A stretch of 59,959 nt of DNA, the filler included, from Nitrospirae bacterium CG2_30_53_67 (lineage in GTDB: Bacteria > CG2-30-53-67): assembly GCA_001873285.1 (NCBI GenBank). It is 3 parts of 3 records of this genome, joined end to end, with 100 filler letters (N's around TTAATTAATTAA, not from the genome) between each part and the next. Parts side by side here need not be neighbours in the genome. Positions count along the whole stretch, not along the records: positions 14,670 to 44,844 come from MNYV01000096.1; 2 more parts are not named here. One strand, 5' to 3'. The notes under the pieces are model-generated. The model saw only the letters and a list, made by a program, of their open reading frames with translations, was not told the origin of the DNA and made no database searches. Shown piece by piece: positions 19,864 through 28,874 of this stretch (its first letter is position 1; each line of letters opens with the position of its first letter). Both the position numbers and the translations under genes were made by a program.

Positions 19864-21048
19864 ATGTTTGAGCAGGAGCTTCAATCCCTCAAGGCCAAGG
19901 GACTTTACCGGCGCCTCCATGAAGTGGAGACGGCCCAGGGGCCGAGGATACGGATGAACGGCCGGGAGATGATCTCCCTCGCCTCCAACAATTATCTGGG
20001 CCTTGCCTCCCATCCCAGACTGAAGGAGGCGGTCTGTGAGGCTGCGAACCAATACGGCGCCGGGAGCGGGGCATCCAGACTCCTCTCCGGGACATGCGTG
20101 CTCCATACGAGGCTTGAGGAGGAAATCGCCGGGTTCCTGGGGGAAGAGGCCGCTCTGATTTTCAATTCAGGGTATGCGGCGAATACCGGAATCCTTTCAG
20201 CCCTCTGCGGTAAGGAAGACCTGATTCTCTGCGATGTATTGAATCATGCCTCCATCGTGGACGGGTGCCGCCTCTCTCGATCGGATGTCAAACTCTACAG
20301 GCATCTTGATTGCGATATGCTGGAGGATCGGCTTAAAAGATCGAATAAATATCATTACAAAAGGCGGTGGATCGTGACTGAAAGCCTCTTCAGCATGGAC
20401 GGGGATTTGGCGCCCCTTCCGGAACTGGCCGCTCTTGCAGAACGGTACGGGGCGCATCTCTACCTGGACGAGGCCCATGCCATAGGGGTCCTGGGGGACA
20501 AGGGGAGGGGGAGCGCCTCCCTTTTCGGCGTGGAAGACCGGATTACCCTCCGGATGGGGACGCTGAGCAAGGCGCTCGGTTCCTTCGGCGCTTTTGCCGC
20601 GGGAGACCGGGAGATCATCAATCTTCTGATCAACCGGGCGAGGTCCCTGATCTACTCCACGGCCCTTCCTCCTCCGGTACTGGCCGCATCTCGCGCCGCT
20701 CTTGAACTGGTCCGGACCGACCAAGGGGACCGGTTGAGGAAGAGGCTCTTTTCCAATATCCGCCGGCTGGCCCGTGGATTAAAAGGCATAGGGTTTGAAG
20801 GGATAACGGGGGAGACGCCGATCCTTCCTCTGATCCTGGGTCCGGTTAACAAGGCCCTTGCCGCCGCCCAGGCCCTGTATGAGGGCGGGGTCTTCGCTCC
20901 GGCTATCCGCCCCCCCACGGTTCCCAAGGGGAAGTCAAGGCTCCGCTTCTCAGTTATGGCACAGCATACGGCTGAGGATCTGGATACCGCAGTCTTGGTC
21001 CTGGGACGGTTTTTAAGGGGGCCGTCGGCTGAGGGACCGGGCTTGTGA
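19864..21048 (+). CDS. bioF: 8-amino-7-oxononanoate synthase
   Basis: SNNYLGL, GSGASRL, NHASIVDG, SMDGD, DEAHA, TLSKA, IRPPTVP. Confidence 0.95.
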   Translation: MFEQELQSLKAKGLYRRLHEVETAQGPRIRMNGREMISLASNNYLGLASHPRLKEAVCEAANQYGAGSGASRLLSGTCVLHTRLEEEIAGFLGEEAALIFNSGYAANTGILSALCGKEDLILCDVLNHASIVDGCRLSRSDVKLYRHLDCDMLEDRLKRSNKYHYKRRWIVTESLFSMDGDLAPLPELAALAERYGAHLYLDEAHAIGVLGDKGRGSASLFGVEDRITLRMGTLSKALGSFGAFAAGDREIINLLINRARSLIYSTALPPPVLAASRAALELVRTDQGDRLRKRLFSNIRRLARGLKGIGFEGITGETPILPLILGPVNKALAAAQALYEGGVFAPAIRPPTVPKGKSRLRFSVMAQHTAEDLDTAVLVLGRFLRGPSAEGPGL

Positions 21049-21058
21049 AGGATTTTCC

Positions 21059-21793
21059 ATGACCGAAAATCATCAAGTGGTCCTGATCACCGGGGCTTCG
21101 CGGGGTCTCGGGAGGCATCTTGCGCTCGGTTTTGCCCGTCCCGGCTATCGAGTGGCCGTGCACTATGGTTCCCGGTCCGGCGAAGCCGAAGAGGCGGCGG
21201 CGGCGATCCGGAAGCACGGGGGAGAGGCGCTAACCCTGTCTGCCGATTTCGCTGAACCTGCACAGGTGGAAGAGATGGTGCGCCGCATCCTTGAGATATG
21301 GGGAGGGATTCATATCCTGATCAACAACGCTGCGATGATCAGGGACGCCCCGGCCGTCTCCATGTCGGAGAAGGACTGGGATGCGGTGATGGACGTGGAT
21401 CTCTCCGGGCCGTTCCATGCCATGCGGGCCGTGTCCGGACCCATGCGTGAGCAGGGCGGGGGGGAGATCATCAATATGGTCTCCATCTCGGGGGTTCGGG
21501 GGAGCAGGGGACAGGCCAATTACGCGGCGGCCAAGGCCGCTCTCATCGGTCTGACTAAATCTGCGGCCAGGGAATGGGGGAAGTATCATATCCGGGTGAA
21601 CGCCGTCTGTCCCGGTTTCATGGAGACGGATATGACCCGCTCTGTTCCGGAAGAGGTCAGGAGCCTTGCACTGGGGCAGAGCTGTCTTTCCGGGTTTTGC
21701 GATCCCGGGGACCTGGTCCGCTTTGTCAGGGCGCTCGTCCGCATGCGGACGGTCACCGGGCAGGTCTTTCATCTGGACAGCAGGATTATTTAA
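21059..21793 (+). CDS. SDR oxidoreductase, FabG-like 3-oxoacyl-ACP reductase
   Basis: TGASRGLG, NNA, YAAAK, PGFMETDM. Confidence 0.88.
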   Translation: MTENHQVVLITGASRGLGRHLALGFARPGYRVAVHYGSRSGEAEEAAAAIRKHGGEALTLSADFAEPAQVEEMVRRILEIWGGIHILINNAAMIRDAPAVSMSEKDWDAVMDVDLSGPFHAMRAVSGPMREQGGGEIINMVSISGVRGSRGQANYAAAKAALIGLTKSAAREWGKYHIRVNAVCPGFMETDMTRSVPEEVRSLALGQSCLSGFCDPGDLVRFVRALVRMRTVTGQVFHLDSRII

Positions 21794-21801
21794 GAATTGG
21801 A

Positions 21802-22051
21802 GATCATCTCCAAAAGAGTGGGTGAAAACATAAGGGTCCAAGGGGTCAAGGAGTCAAGGGGTCAAGTGAAGTGCTTTTCAAGAACTTGAGGGTCCGAGTG
21901 AAAAGCTTAGCAAGAAACTGAGGGGTTAACAGATCGAGAGCCCCGGGGGTAGGTGAGATGATAGAAGAAATACCTAAATCAAAAAAAACACTTGACCCCT
22001 TGAACCCTGGAATCCTCGAACCCTTTTTAACCACTATATGGGAGAAGAACC
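21802..22051 (+). mobile_element. MITE-like family 2, full copy
   Basis: Left arm GATCATCTCC...GGGTCAAGTGAA and inverted right arm CACTTGACCCC...GGGAGAAGAACC, both shared with 25717-26027. Confidence 0.75.
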
Positions 22052-22108
22052 AGAATTTGAAATTTGAGATTTGAAATCAAGAAACGTAAAATCAAGAGAT
22101 TTGAAATC

Positions 22109-23494
22109 ATGCGCTATACCATCCAGACGCTCGGGTGCAAGGTGAATCAGGTGGATTCGATTTTCGTCGCGGAGGCGCTCGATGGGCTTGGATTGCAAAA
22201 GGCCGCCCTTGGGGAGCCTGCGGATCTCTGCATTGTCAATACCTGCACCGTGACCGCAAGGAGCGATACTCAGTGCAGGCAGATGATCCGGAAGGCGGTC
22301 AGGGAGAATCCCGGCGCCCGCGTGGTCGTGACCGGTTGTTATGCAGAGATGGATCCAAATGCGGTGCGCGCCATCCCGGGTGTGACCATGGTGGTCGGGA
22401 GCAGGGACAAGAGGAGGATTCCGGAGATGCTTGCCGGAAATCTCAATGCCGACAAGGTCGGTCTTGAGGAAGAAAATGGGCCGAGACGGCCTGAGGACCT
22501 GTCTGCCGCCTGCCTGCGCGACGGCAGACAGGTGACACCGGCACAGACAGGCGGGCAGCGTGGACGTGAATCATCCGAAAGTCAAAGGCTGATCCAGGGC
22601 GCAGGCGGGAGATCCAGGGCCTTTGTCATGGTCCAGGACGGATGCCGGGCCTTCTGTGCCTACTGCATTGTTCCCCAGGCCAGGGGCCCTTTCAAAAGCG
22701 TGGATGCCGAGCAGGTTGAAAATCAGGTCCGGGCCCTAATTGAGAAGGGCTTTCCTGAGATTGTCCTGACGGGGATCCACCTCGGGGCGTACGGCGTGGA
22801 CCGGCATGAGCGCCGGGGACTTCAGAGACTGATCCTCCGGCTGATCCGGATTCCGGGAGACTTCCGCATCCGGCTCTCTTCGATCGAGCCGGCGGAGGTG
22901 GACGATGAACTCATCCATCTGATTACGGGAGAGGAGAAACTCTGCAACCATCTCCATATCCCCGTTCAAAGCGGGGATGATGCAATCCTCAGGCGCATGA
23001 GGCGGCCCTATACCACGGATGCGTTTTTTGATCTGGTTTTTCGTCTCCGTGCCCGGGATCCCGAGATGGGGATCGGCACGGACCTGATCGTCGGCCTCCC
23101 CGGGGAGACCGGCGGATCCTTTGAGCGGACCTGCCGGTGGATCGCATCCCTTCCACTGACCCATTTCCACATCTTCCCTTATTCTCAGCGGCCGGGGACC
23201 GAGGCCTATGCCATGGATGGGCAGGTAGATCAGGCCGCAAAAAAGGAACGGGCCGCCCGGCTCAGGGAGATATGCCGCGCCATGCAGGTAAAATTCCTGA
23301 GCGGGATGAAAGGCAAAACCCTGAGAGCCGTTCCCACCTCCAAACCCGGCCCCGCAAACAAAACCCTGAGCGTGCTGACCGGCAATTACCTTTCCGGTCG
23401 GCTCATGGATCCCTACGACCTCCCCTCGGGAATCTTTTCAGTAAAGGTTTCAGGGATCTCTGACGATAAGTTATTGGTTTATAGGGTGAGGTAA
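22109..23494 (+). CDS. mtaB: tRNA t6A37 methylthiotransferase
   Basis: TLGCKVNQ, NTCTVT, VTGCYA, QDGCRAFCAYC, LTGIHLG, RLSSIEP, HIFPYS. Confidence 0.93.
   Translation: MRYTIQTLGCKVNQVDSIFVAEALDGLGLQKAALGEPADLCIVNTCTVTARSDTQCRQMIRKAVRENPGARVVVTGCYAEMDPNAVRAIPGVTMVVGSRDKRRIPEMLAGNLNADKVGLEEENGPRRPEDLSAACLRDGRQVTPAQTGGQRGRESSESQRLIQGAGGRSRAFVMVQDGCRAFCAYCIVPQARGPFKSVDAEQVENQVRALIEKGFPEIVLTGIHLGAYGVDRHERRGLQRLILRLIRIPGDFRIRLSSIEPAEVDDELIHLITGEEKLCNHLHIPVQSGDDAILRRMRRPYTTDAFFDLVFRLRARDPEMGIGTDLIVGLPGETGGSFERTCRWIASLPLTHFHIFPYSQRPGTEAYAMDGQVDQAAKKERAARLREICRAMQVKFLSGMKGKTLRAVPTSKPGPANKTLSVLTGNYLSGRLMDPYDLPSGIFSVKVSGISDDKLLVYRVR
22498..22551. repeat. nested CCTG(T/C)CTG...CAG(A/G)CAGG palindromes inside the mtaB coding sequence
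   Basis: 54 bp = 30-bp outer + 24-bp inner element; a related free copy is at 47185-47211. Confidence 0.75.
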
Positions 23495-23504
23495 AAGGTC
23501 TGAT

Positions 23505-23960
23505 ATGATTCGTAAGGTCTTGTTTATCCTTGTTTATTCATGCATCCCATGGATAGGGACCAGCCCGGCCTTGGCCGTTCAGGAACATGGAGGGGCCGAG
23601 GGGCTTTATTCCCATCAGATCGCCCACCTGATCTTTCTTACGGCCATGATTTATTTCTGTATCCGGCTCATCCGGTCCGGAGAGTCTGCCCGCAAGGGGT
23701 GGCGGTGGATCTTTTTCTCCGCGCTCCTGTTTGCCTGCTGGAATGCCGATACCTTTTTAGTCCATCAATACCGGGAGGTTCTCAATCCCCAGGCCGTTTC
23801 CGGGAATATTTCCGGTTTTGCATGGACCTTCCACGCACACTCGGTTCCCGAGCTCCTCTATTATCTGGGGACCTTTGACCACATCCTCTCCTTTTCGGCC
23901 TTGTTATTGTTTTTCATCGGGATCCGGGAATTGATCCAGGTGCAGAGGGAGAGGCCATGA
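23505..23960 (+). CDS. hypothetical His-containing membrane protein
   Basis: Signal-like N-terminus plus three TM segments; ATGA overlap with the downstream kinase. Confidence 0.75.
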   Translation: MIRKVLFILVYSCIPWIGTSPALAVQEHGGAEGLYSHQIAHLIFLTAMIYFCIRLIRSGESARKGWRWIFFSALLFACWNADTFLVHQYREVLNPQAVSGNISGFAWTFHAHSVPELLYYLGTFDHILSFSALLLFFIGIRELIQVQRERP

Positions 23961-25510
23961 ATCTTACGCTCCCCATGTGGCCCGTCTATCTGGTGGACAT
24001 TGCCGGGTCCTCACTCTCGATCTTCCTTGCATTCGGAGCGGTCTTCTTGTCCCGGAAGCTCTCCCGAAGCGACACGGCCAATGCCCTCTTAACCTATCTC
24101 TTGTGGATCTCCATCGCCTTTGGGATCTTCACCCTATTCCGTTCAGTGAGCCGTCTGCTCAAATTCATCCTGATCATATTCGGATACAAGTCCGTATGGA
24201 AGGCCCTCTCTCCTTTTGCCGGGGCCGTTGAATCCATCACCCTGGTATTTGTGGCCGCATTGACCTTCTACTATGAACGGGTCAAGAAGAGCTATCGGTC
24301 TCTTATCCGGGAGATGGACCTGCTCCAGGATGCCCAGGAGGAGATCGGTCTTCTAAACAAAAATCTCGGAAGGGAGATGGATCGGATACGGGAGTCGGAG
24401 TGCAGGCTGGAGAATGCGCATGAGGAGATCTCCAAACTGATCGACCAGGTCCGATCCGGCGGGGATCTCTCCATACGGTATAAAAATACCAACCTGATCC
24501 GCTGCTGGGAGATCAAGGACTGTGTTTACGAGAACTGCCCCGCCTATCAGTCAGACCACCTCCGCTGCTGGCATCTCGGCAAGGTTTACTGCTGCAGGAT
24601 CAAGGCCGGGAAGTCCGGAAAGGAGTGTAATTGTGAATCGTGCGAGATCTATATCTCAGCCCATAAAGATCCCCTGGCGAGGCTTGGAGAGCGGTTCAAC
24701 GACATGATGCATTTCCTGGAGAACCAGCAGAAAGAACTTCAGGAAGCCAACAGGGATCTCAAGGAGATGGACAGGAAAAAGAGCAAGTTCCTGGACATTG
24801 TGGCCCATGACCTCCGGACACCCCTTACCTCCATCCTGGCCTATGCCGACCTCCTTCTCAGGTATAAGTCCGAATCCGCTGGGACCAGGGATGAATTCCT
24901 GCGCACCATCGTTCACGAAAGCAGGCGTCTCGGCGACCTGATCAATGACTACCTGGATCTTTCCAAGATCGAGTCCGGACTCATGGAGTATCAGGTGGAG
25001 CCCTTCAATTTCAGAGAGGTGATTGATCATGTGGTCTCGGTCTATAGCGGGATCTGCATGCAGAAGAGGATTAAGATCCATACCAACGGCCTTGTACAGG
25101 ACCTCCCTATCTTAGGTGACAAGAAACGTCTCACTCAGGTCATGAGCAACCTGATGAGCAACGCCTCCAAGTTCACCCCGGCTGAAGGGAAGATCAGCAT
25201 ATCGGCCGGTTTTGATTCGAACGGGGAAGAGATCCGAATCTCGGTTTCGGATACCGGCCCGGGGATCCCGGAGACCCATCTTGAAGAGATCTTCAAGAAG
25301 TTTACCCAGCTTCAGAAAGGGGATCTGCATACCGTCGGAGGGACCGGCATCGGCCTTTCCATTTGCAAGGAGATCGTGGAGTTCCACAATGGAAGGATCT
25401 GGGCGGAGAACCGAGACGAAGGCGGGGCCCACTTCCGTATGATTCTTCCGGTCCAGGGACCTGAACGGTCCGGCAGTCTCCTCACGTCGAAGAGCGCCTC
25501 AGAGGGGTGA
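23957..25510 (+). CDS. membrane sensor histidine kinase with Cys-rich (CW) domain
   Basis: TM N-terminus, AHDLRTPLT, NLMSNASKF, DTGPGI, GTGIGL. Confidence 0.92.
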   Translation: MNLTLPMWPVYLVDIAGSSLSIFLAFGAVFLSRKLSRSDTANALLTYLLWISIAFGIFTLFRSVSRLLKFILIIFGYKSVWKALSPFAGAVESITLVFVAALTFYYERVKKSYRSLIREMDLLQDAQEEIGLLNKNLGREMDRIRESECRLENAHEEISKLIDQVRSGGDLSIRYKNTNLIRCWEIKDCVYENCPAYQSDHLRCWHLGKVYCCRIKAGKSGKECNCESCEIYISAHKDPLARLGERFNDMMHFLENQQKELQEANRDLKEMDRKKSKFLDIVAHDLRTPLTSILAYADLLLRYKSESAGTRDEFLRTIVHESRRLGDLINDYLDLSKIESGLMEYQVEPFNFREVIDHVVSVYSGICMQKRIKIHTNGLVQDLPILGDKKRLTQVMSNLMSNASKFTPAEGKISISAGFDSNGEEIRISVSDTGPGIPETHLEEIFKKFTQLQKGDLHTVGGTGIGLSICKEIVEFHNGRIWAENRDEGGAHFRMILPVQGPERSGSLLTSKSASEG

Positions 25511-25716
25511 AGGGACCGCTTCCTCCGGGTTGTTGAACCGTCACAACGCTCTTATAGGCGTACGGGTCTGACATCGAGCGGGCTCGCTCAGACAGGCCCC
25601 CCTTTGAGACACGGATCCACCCCATTCCCCTCCTTGCAAAGGATGGGAAAAAGAAATTCCTCCCTTTCAAATTTTTTTTGACAATCGAGAGAAGGATAGA
25701 CTAATATTAAAAAATG

Positions 25717-26027
25717 GATCATCTCCAAAAGAGTGGGTGAAAACATCAGGGGTCAAGGGGTCAAGGATTCCAGGGGTCAAGTGAAGTGCTAAAAACATAA
25801 GGGACCGAGGGTCATAGGGGTCAAGGGTTGCGCTTAGCGTGTCCCGCTTTTCTATTATACTTGCCGTCTGCGACGGCTACTACATTAAGGCATCTTGGGG
25901 TCCGGTGTTTTTCTCTGGAGATTTCGTTTGCGTTCTTGTACTCGGTTTACCGGCATCAGTATTTCACTTGAACCCTTGAACCCTGGAATCCTCGAACCCT
26001 TTTTACCCACTAAATGGGAGAAGAACC
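25717..26027 (+). mobile_element. MITE-like family 2, full copy with a different interior
   Basis: Same arms as 21802-22051. Confidence 0.75.
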
Positions 26028-26072
26028 TAAAAAATTTGGGTATGTGTTTTTCAGAACTACGGAACGGATACG

Positions 26073-27881
26073 ATGACGGCAAGAGAACGAATACGCAACT
26101 TCTCCATTATTGCGCACATTGATCACGGAAAATCCACTCTCGCCGATCGGATTCTGGATTTGACCGGGGCGCTGACCGACCGGGAGAAGATGAGCCAATT
26201 TCTGGACCAGATGGACATCGAACGGGAGCGGGGGATTACCATCAAGGCCCAGACCGTCCGTCTCCGGTATCTGGCCCAGGACCGGAAGGAGTATTGCCTG
26301 AATCTGATTGATACCCCCGGGCATGTGGACTTTAATTATGAGGTGTCGCGCAGTTTGGCCGCCTGTGAGGGGGCCCTTCTGGTGGTGGACGCGGCCCAGG
26401 GGGTTGAGGCCCAGACCGTGGGAAATGTCTATCTCGCCATCGACCACAACCTGGAGATCATCCCGGTGATCAACAAGATTGATCTTCCCAATGCGGATGT
26501 GGAGAAGACCCGAAAGGAGATCGAGGACGTCATCGGACTGGACACGTCTCACGCCCTTTCCGTGAGCGCCAAACTGGGAACCGGGGTCAGGGATGTCCTG
26601 GAATCGATCGTCCGTCTGGTCCCCCCTCCGAAGGGCGATCCTGATGCGCCTCTGAAAGCGCTTCTCTTTGATTCCTGGTTCGACCCCTATATGGGCACGG
26701 TCTCTCTGATCCGGGTCATTGACGGGGTGATCCGAAAAGGCATGCGCATACGGCTGATGTTTACGGACAAGGACTACGAGGTCCAGCAGGTCGGTGTCTT
26801 TACCCCGCACCCCACCGTGATGGAAGGTCTTTCCGTGGGTGAGGTCGGTTTCTTCATGGCCGGGATCAAAAATGTTCAGGATACCCGTATCGGAGATACG
26901 GTCACCGAATCGGGAAATCCGACCCGGAACGCTCTACCCGGGTTCAAACATGTCAAGCCCATGGTCTTTGCGGGGCTCTACCCGGTGGACAGCAATCACT
27001 ACAAGGAATTGCAGGATGCGATGGAGAAGCTCAGTCTCAACGATTCCTCCTTTTCCTACGACAAGGAGACCTCCAACGCCCTCGGTTTCGGATTCCGGTG
27101 TGGTTTTCTCGGTCTGCTCCACATGGAAATCATTCAGGAGAGGCTCGAGCGGGAATTTTCCATCCCCCTGATCAGCACCTCTCCTACGGTGGTCTATAAG
27201 GTTTTGATCCAGTCCGGGGAAGAGCTGATGATCGAGAACCCCTCCAAGCTCCCGCCGGTTCAGAAAATCGAGAAGATTTTTGAGCCGCTGATCCTCGCCA
27301 CCATCATGCTCCCGGCGGAGTACATGGGTTCGGTGATCACCCTGGCGCAGGAGAGGAGGGGCGTACAGAAAAAAATAGACTACCATGGAACAAGCAGGGT
27401 GACGATTCAATATGAGCTTCCGCTGAATGAAATCGTGGTGGACTTCTATGACCGTCTCAAGTCCACAAGCCGGGGGTATGCGTCCATGGATTATGAATTC
27501 GCCGGGTATCGGGAGGCGGCTATGGTCCGGCTGGATATCCTGATCAACGGAGAAATAGTGGATGCCCTTTCCCTGATCGTCCACAAGGACCGCGCCTATC
27601 ACAAGGGAAGAAAGCTTGCCGAAAAGCTCAAGAAGATCATTCACCGCCAGATGTTCGAGGTGGTGATCCAGGCCTCCGTGGGAAACAAGGTCATCGCTCG
27701 GGAGAGTATCTCCGCATTGAGAAAGAACGTGACGGCCAAGTGTTACGGCGGTGACATCACCCGAAAAAGAAAACTGCTGGAAAAACAGAAAGAGGGGAAG
27801 AAACGGATGAAGAGCGTCGGGAGCGTGGAGATTCCGCAGGAAGCCTTCATGTCGGTTCTGAGCATGGACGATGAAGAGTGA
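26073..27881 (+). CDS. lepA: elongation factor 4
   Basis: [48 protein letters not shown]. Confidence 0.98.
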   Translation: MTARERIRNFSIIAHIDHGKSTLADRILDLTGALTDREKMSQFLDQMDIERERGITIKAQTVRLRYLAQDRKEYCLNLIDTPGHVDFNYEVSRSLAACEGALLVVDAAQGVEAQTVGNVYLAIDHNLEIIPVINKIDLPNADVEKTRKEIEDVIGLDTSHALSVSAKLGTGVRDVLESIVRLVPPPKGDPDAPLKALLFDSWFDPYMGTVSLIRVIDGVIRKGMRIRLMFTDKDYEVQQVGVFTPHPTVMEGLSVGEVGFFMAGIKNVQDTRIGDTVTESGNPTRNALPGFKHVKPMVFAGLYPVDSNHYKELQDAMEKLSLNDSSFSYDKETSNALGFGFRCGFLGLLHMEIIQERLEREFSIPLISTSPTVVYKVLIQSGEELMIENPSKLPPVQKIEKIFEPLILATIMLPAEYMGSVITLAQERRGVQKKIDYHGTSRVTIQYELPLNEIVVDFYDRLKSTSRGYASMDYEFAGYREAAMVRLDILINGEIVDALSLIVHKDRAYHKGRKLAEKLKKIIHRQMFEVVIQASVGNKVIARESISALRKNVTAKCYGGDITRKRKLLEKQKEGKKRMKSVGSVEIPQEAFMSVLSMDDEE

Positions 27882-27951
27882 TGTAATTGGGTCTTGCTTT
27901 TAAAGATAAAAAAACTTAGGATCTTCTCAAAGCAAGCGGCTGGAAGCGTGA

Positions 27952-28103
27952 GGGTCCAAGGGGTCAAGGATTCCAGGGTTCAAGTGAAATGCCAAGACAC
28001 GGCTGAAATGACTGGTAAAGAAGCCCTTGAACCCTTGAACCCTTGAACCCTTGAACCCTTGAACCCTTTGAACCCTTTGAACCCTTTGAACCCTTTGAAC
28101 CCT
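27952..28103. repeat. family-2-related element with tandem array (CCCTTGAA)5(CCCTTTGAA)4
   Basis: Units counted at 28024-28063 and 28064-28099, inverted to the GGGTCAAG arm at ~27952-27988. Confidence 0.9.
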
Positions 28104-28127
28104 ATTTATAGAAGGATGGATAACGTT

Positions 28128-28769
28128 ATGCCGAATAAGAAAGAGCAGGAAACGGAGAAAATACAGGCAGGCAAGAAGTCGTTCTGGCGAGAGAACTTCG
28201 AAGCCATTCTCATCGCTTTGGTCCTGGCCCTTTTCATCAGGACCTTCGTGGTGCAGGCATTCAAAATTCCTTCCGGGTCCATGCTGGAAACCCTGCAGAT
28301 CGGTGATCATATCCTGGTCAATAAATTTATATACGGAATCCATGTTCCGTTTACGAACGTATCCTTTCTCCATTTTTATAAACCTGAGAGGGGGGATATC
28401 ATCGTCTTCAAGTACCCGAAGGATGAGAAAAGAGATTTCATCAAACGGGTGGTCGGCGTTTCGGGAGATACCGTGGAGGTCCGGGACAAGATCGTTTATG
28501 TCAACGGCGAGAGGCTTCGCGATGAGGACTTTGTGGCCCACAGGGATTCCGTCATGATACCGGGTCCTCGGGACAACTTCGGTCCGGTGACCGTACCGCA
28601 GGGCTGCTATTTTATGATGGGGGACAACCGGGACGGGAGTTACGACAGCCGGTTCTGGGGATACGTTAAAGAGGAAGAAATCCTCGGCAAGGCGCTGATC
28701 ATCTACTGGTCATGGGACCGGGAGAATCTCAGGCCGAGGCTGGGGCGGATCGGGAAAATGATTCGTTAA
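28128..28769 (+). CDS. lepB: signal peptidase I
   Basis: IPSGSM, GDHILVNKF, RGDIIVF, FIKRVVG, GDNRDGSYDSR; follows lepA. Confidence 0.96.
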   Translation: MPNKKEQETEKIQAGKKSFWRENFEAILIALVLALFIRTFVVQAFKIPSGSMLETLQIGDHILVNKFIYGIHVPFTNVSFLHFYKPERGDIIVFKYPKDEKRDFIKRVVGVSGDTVEVRDKIVYVNGERLRDEDFVAHRDSVMIPGPRDNFGPVTVPQGCYFMMGDNRDGSYDSRFWGYVKEEEILGKALIIYWSWDRENLRPRLGRIGKMIR

Positions 28770-28785
28770 ATCATGCAACAAATCA

Positions 28786-28815
28786 TTGACGAATTTTAAT
28801 TTAACATGGTAAAAT
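28786..28815 (+). promoter_or_regulatory. sigma70-type promoter upstream of the rSAM cluster
   Basis: TTGACG-18 nt-TAAAAT with extended -10 TG. Confidence 0.5.
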
Positions 28816-28874
28816 TCAGTCCGCCCCCGAGCCTTCGAGCCTTCGTGAACCGAGTAAGAGGTGTACCTGATACC

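Noticed and set aside
28024..28103. Possible CRISPR array, or an NPL-repeat N-terminus of LepB (ORF from 28059)
   Set aside because: Short tandem units with no spacers and no cas genes; lepB has an RBS-supported start at 28128.
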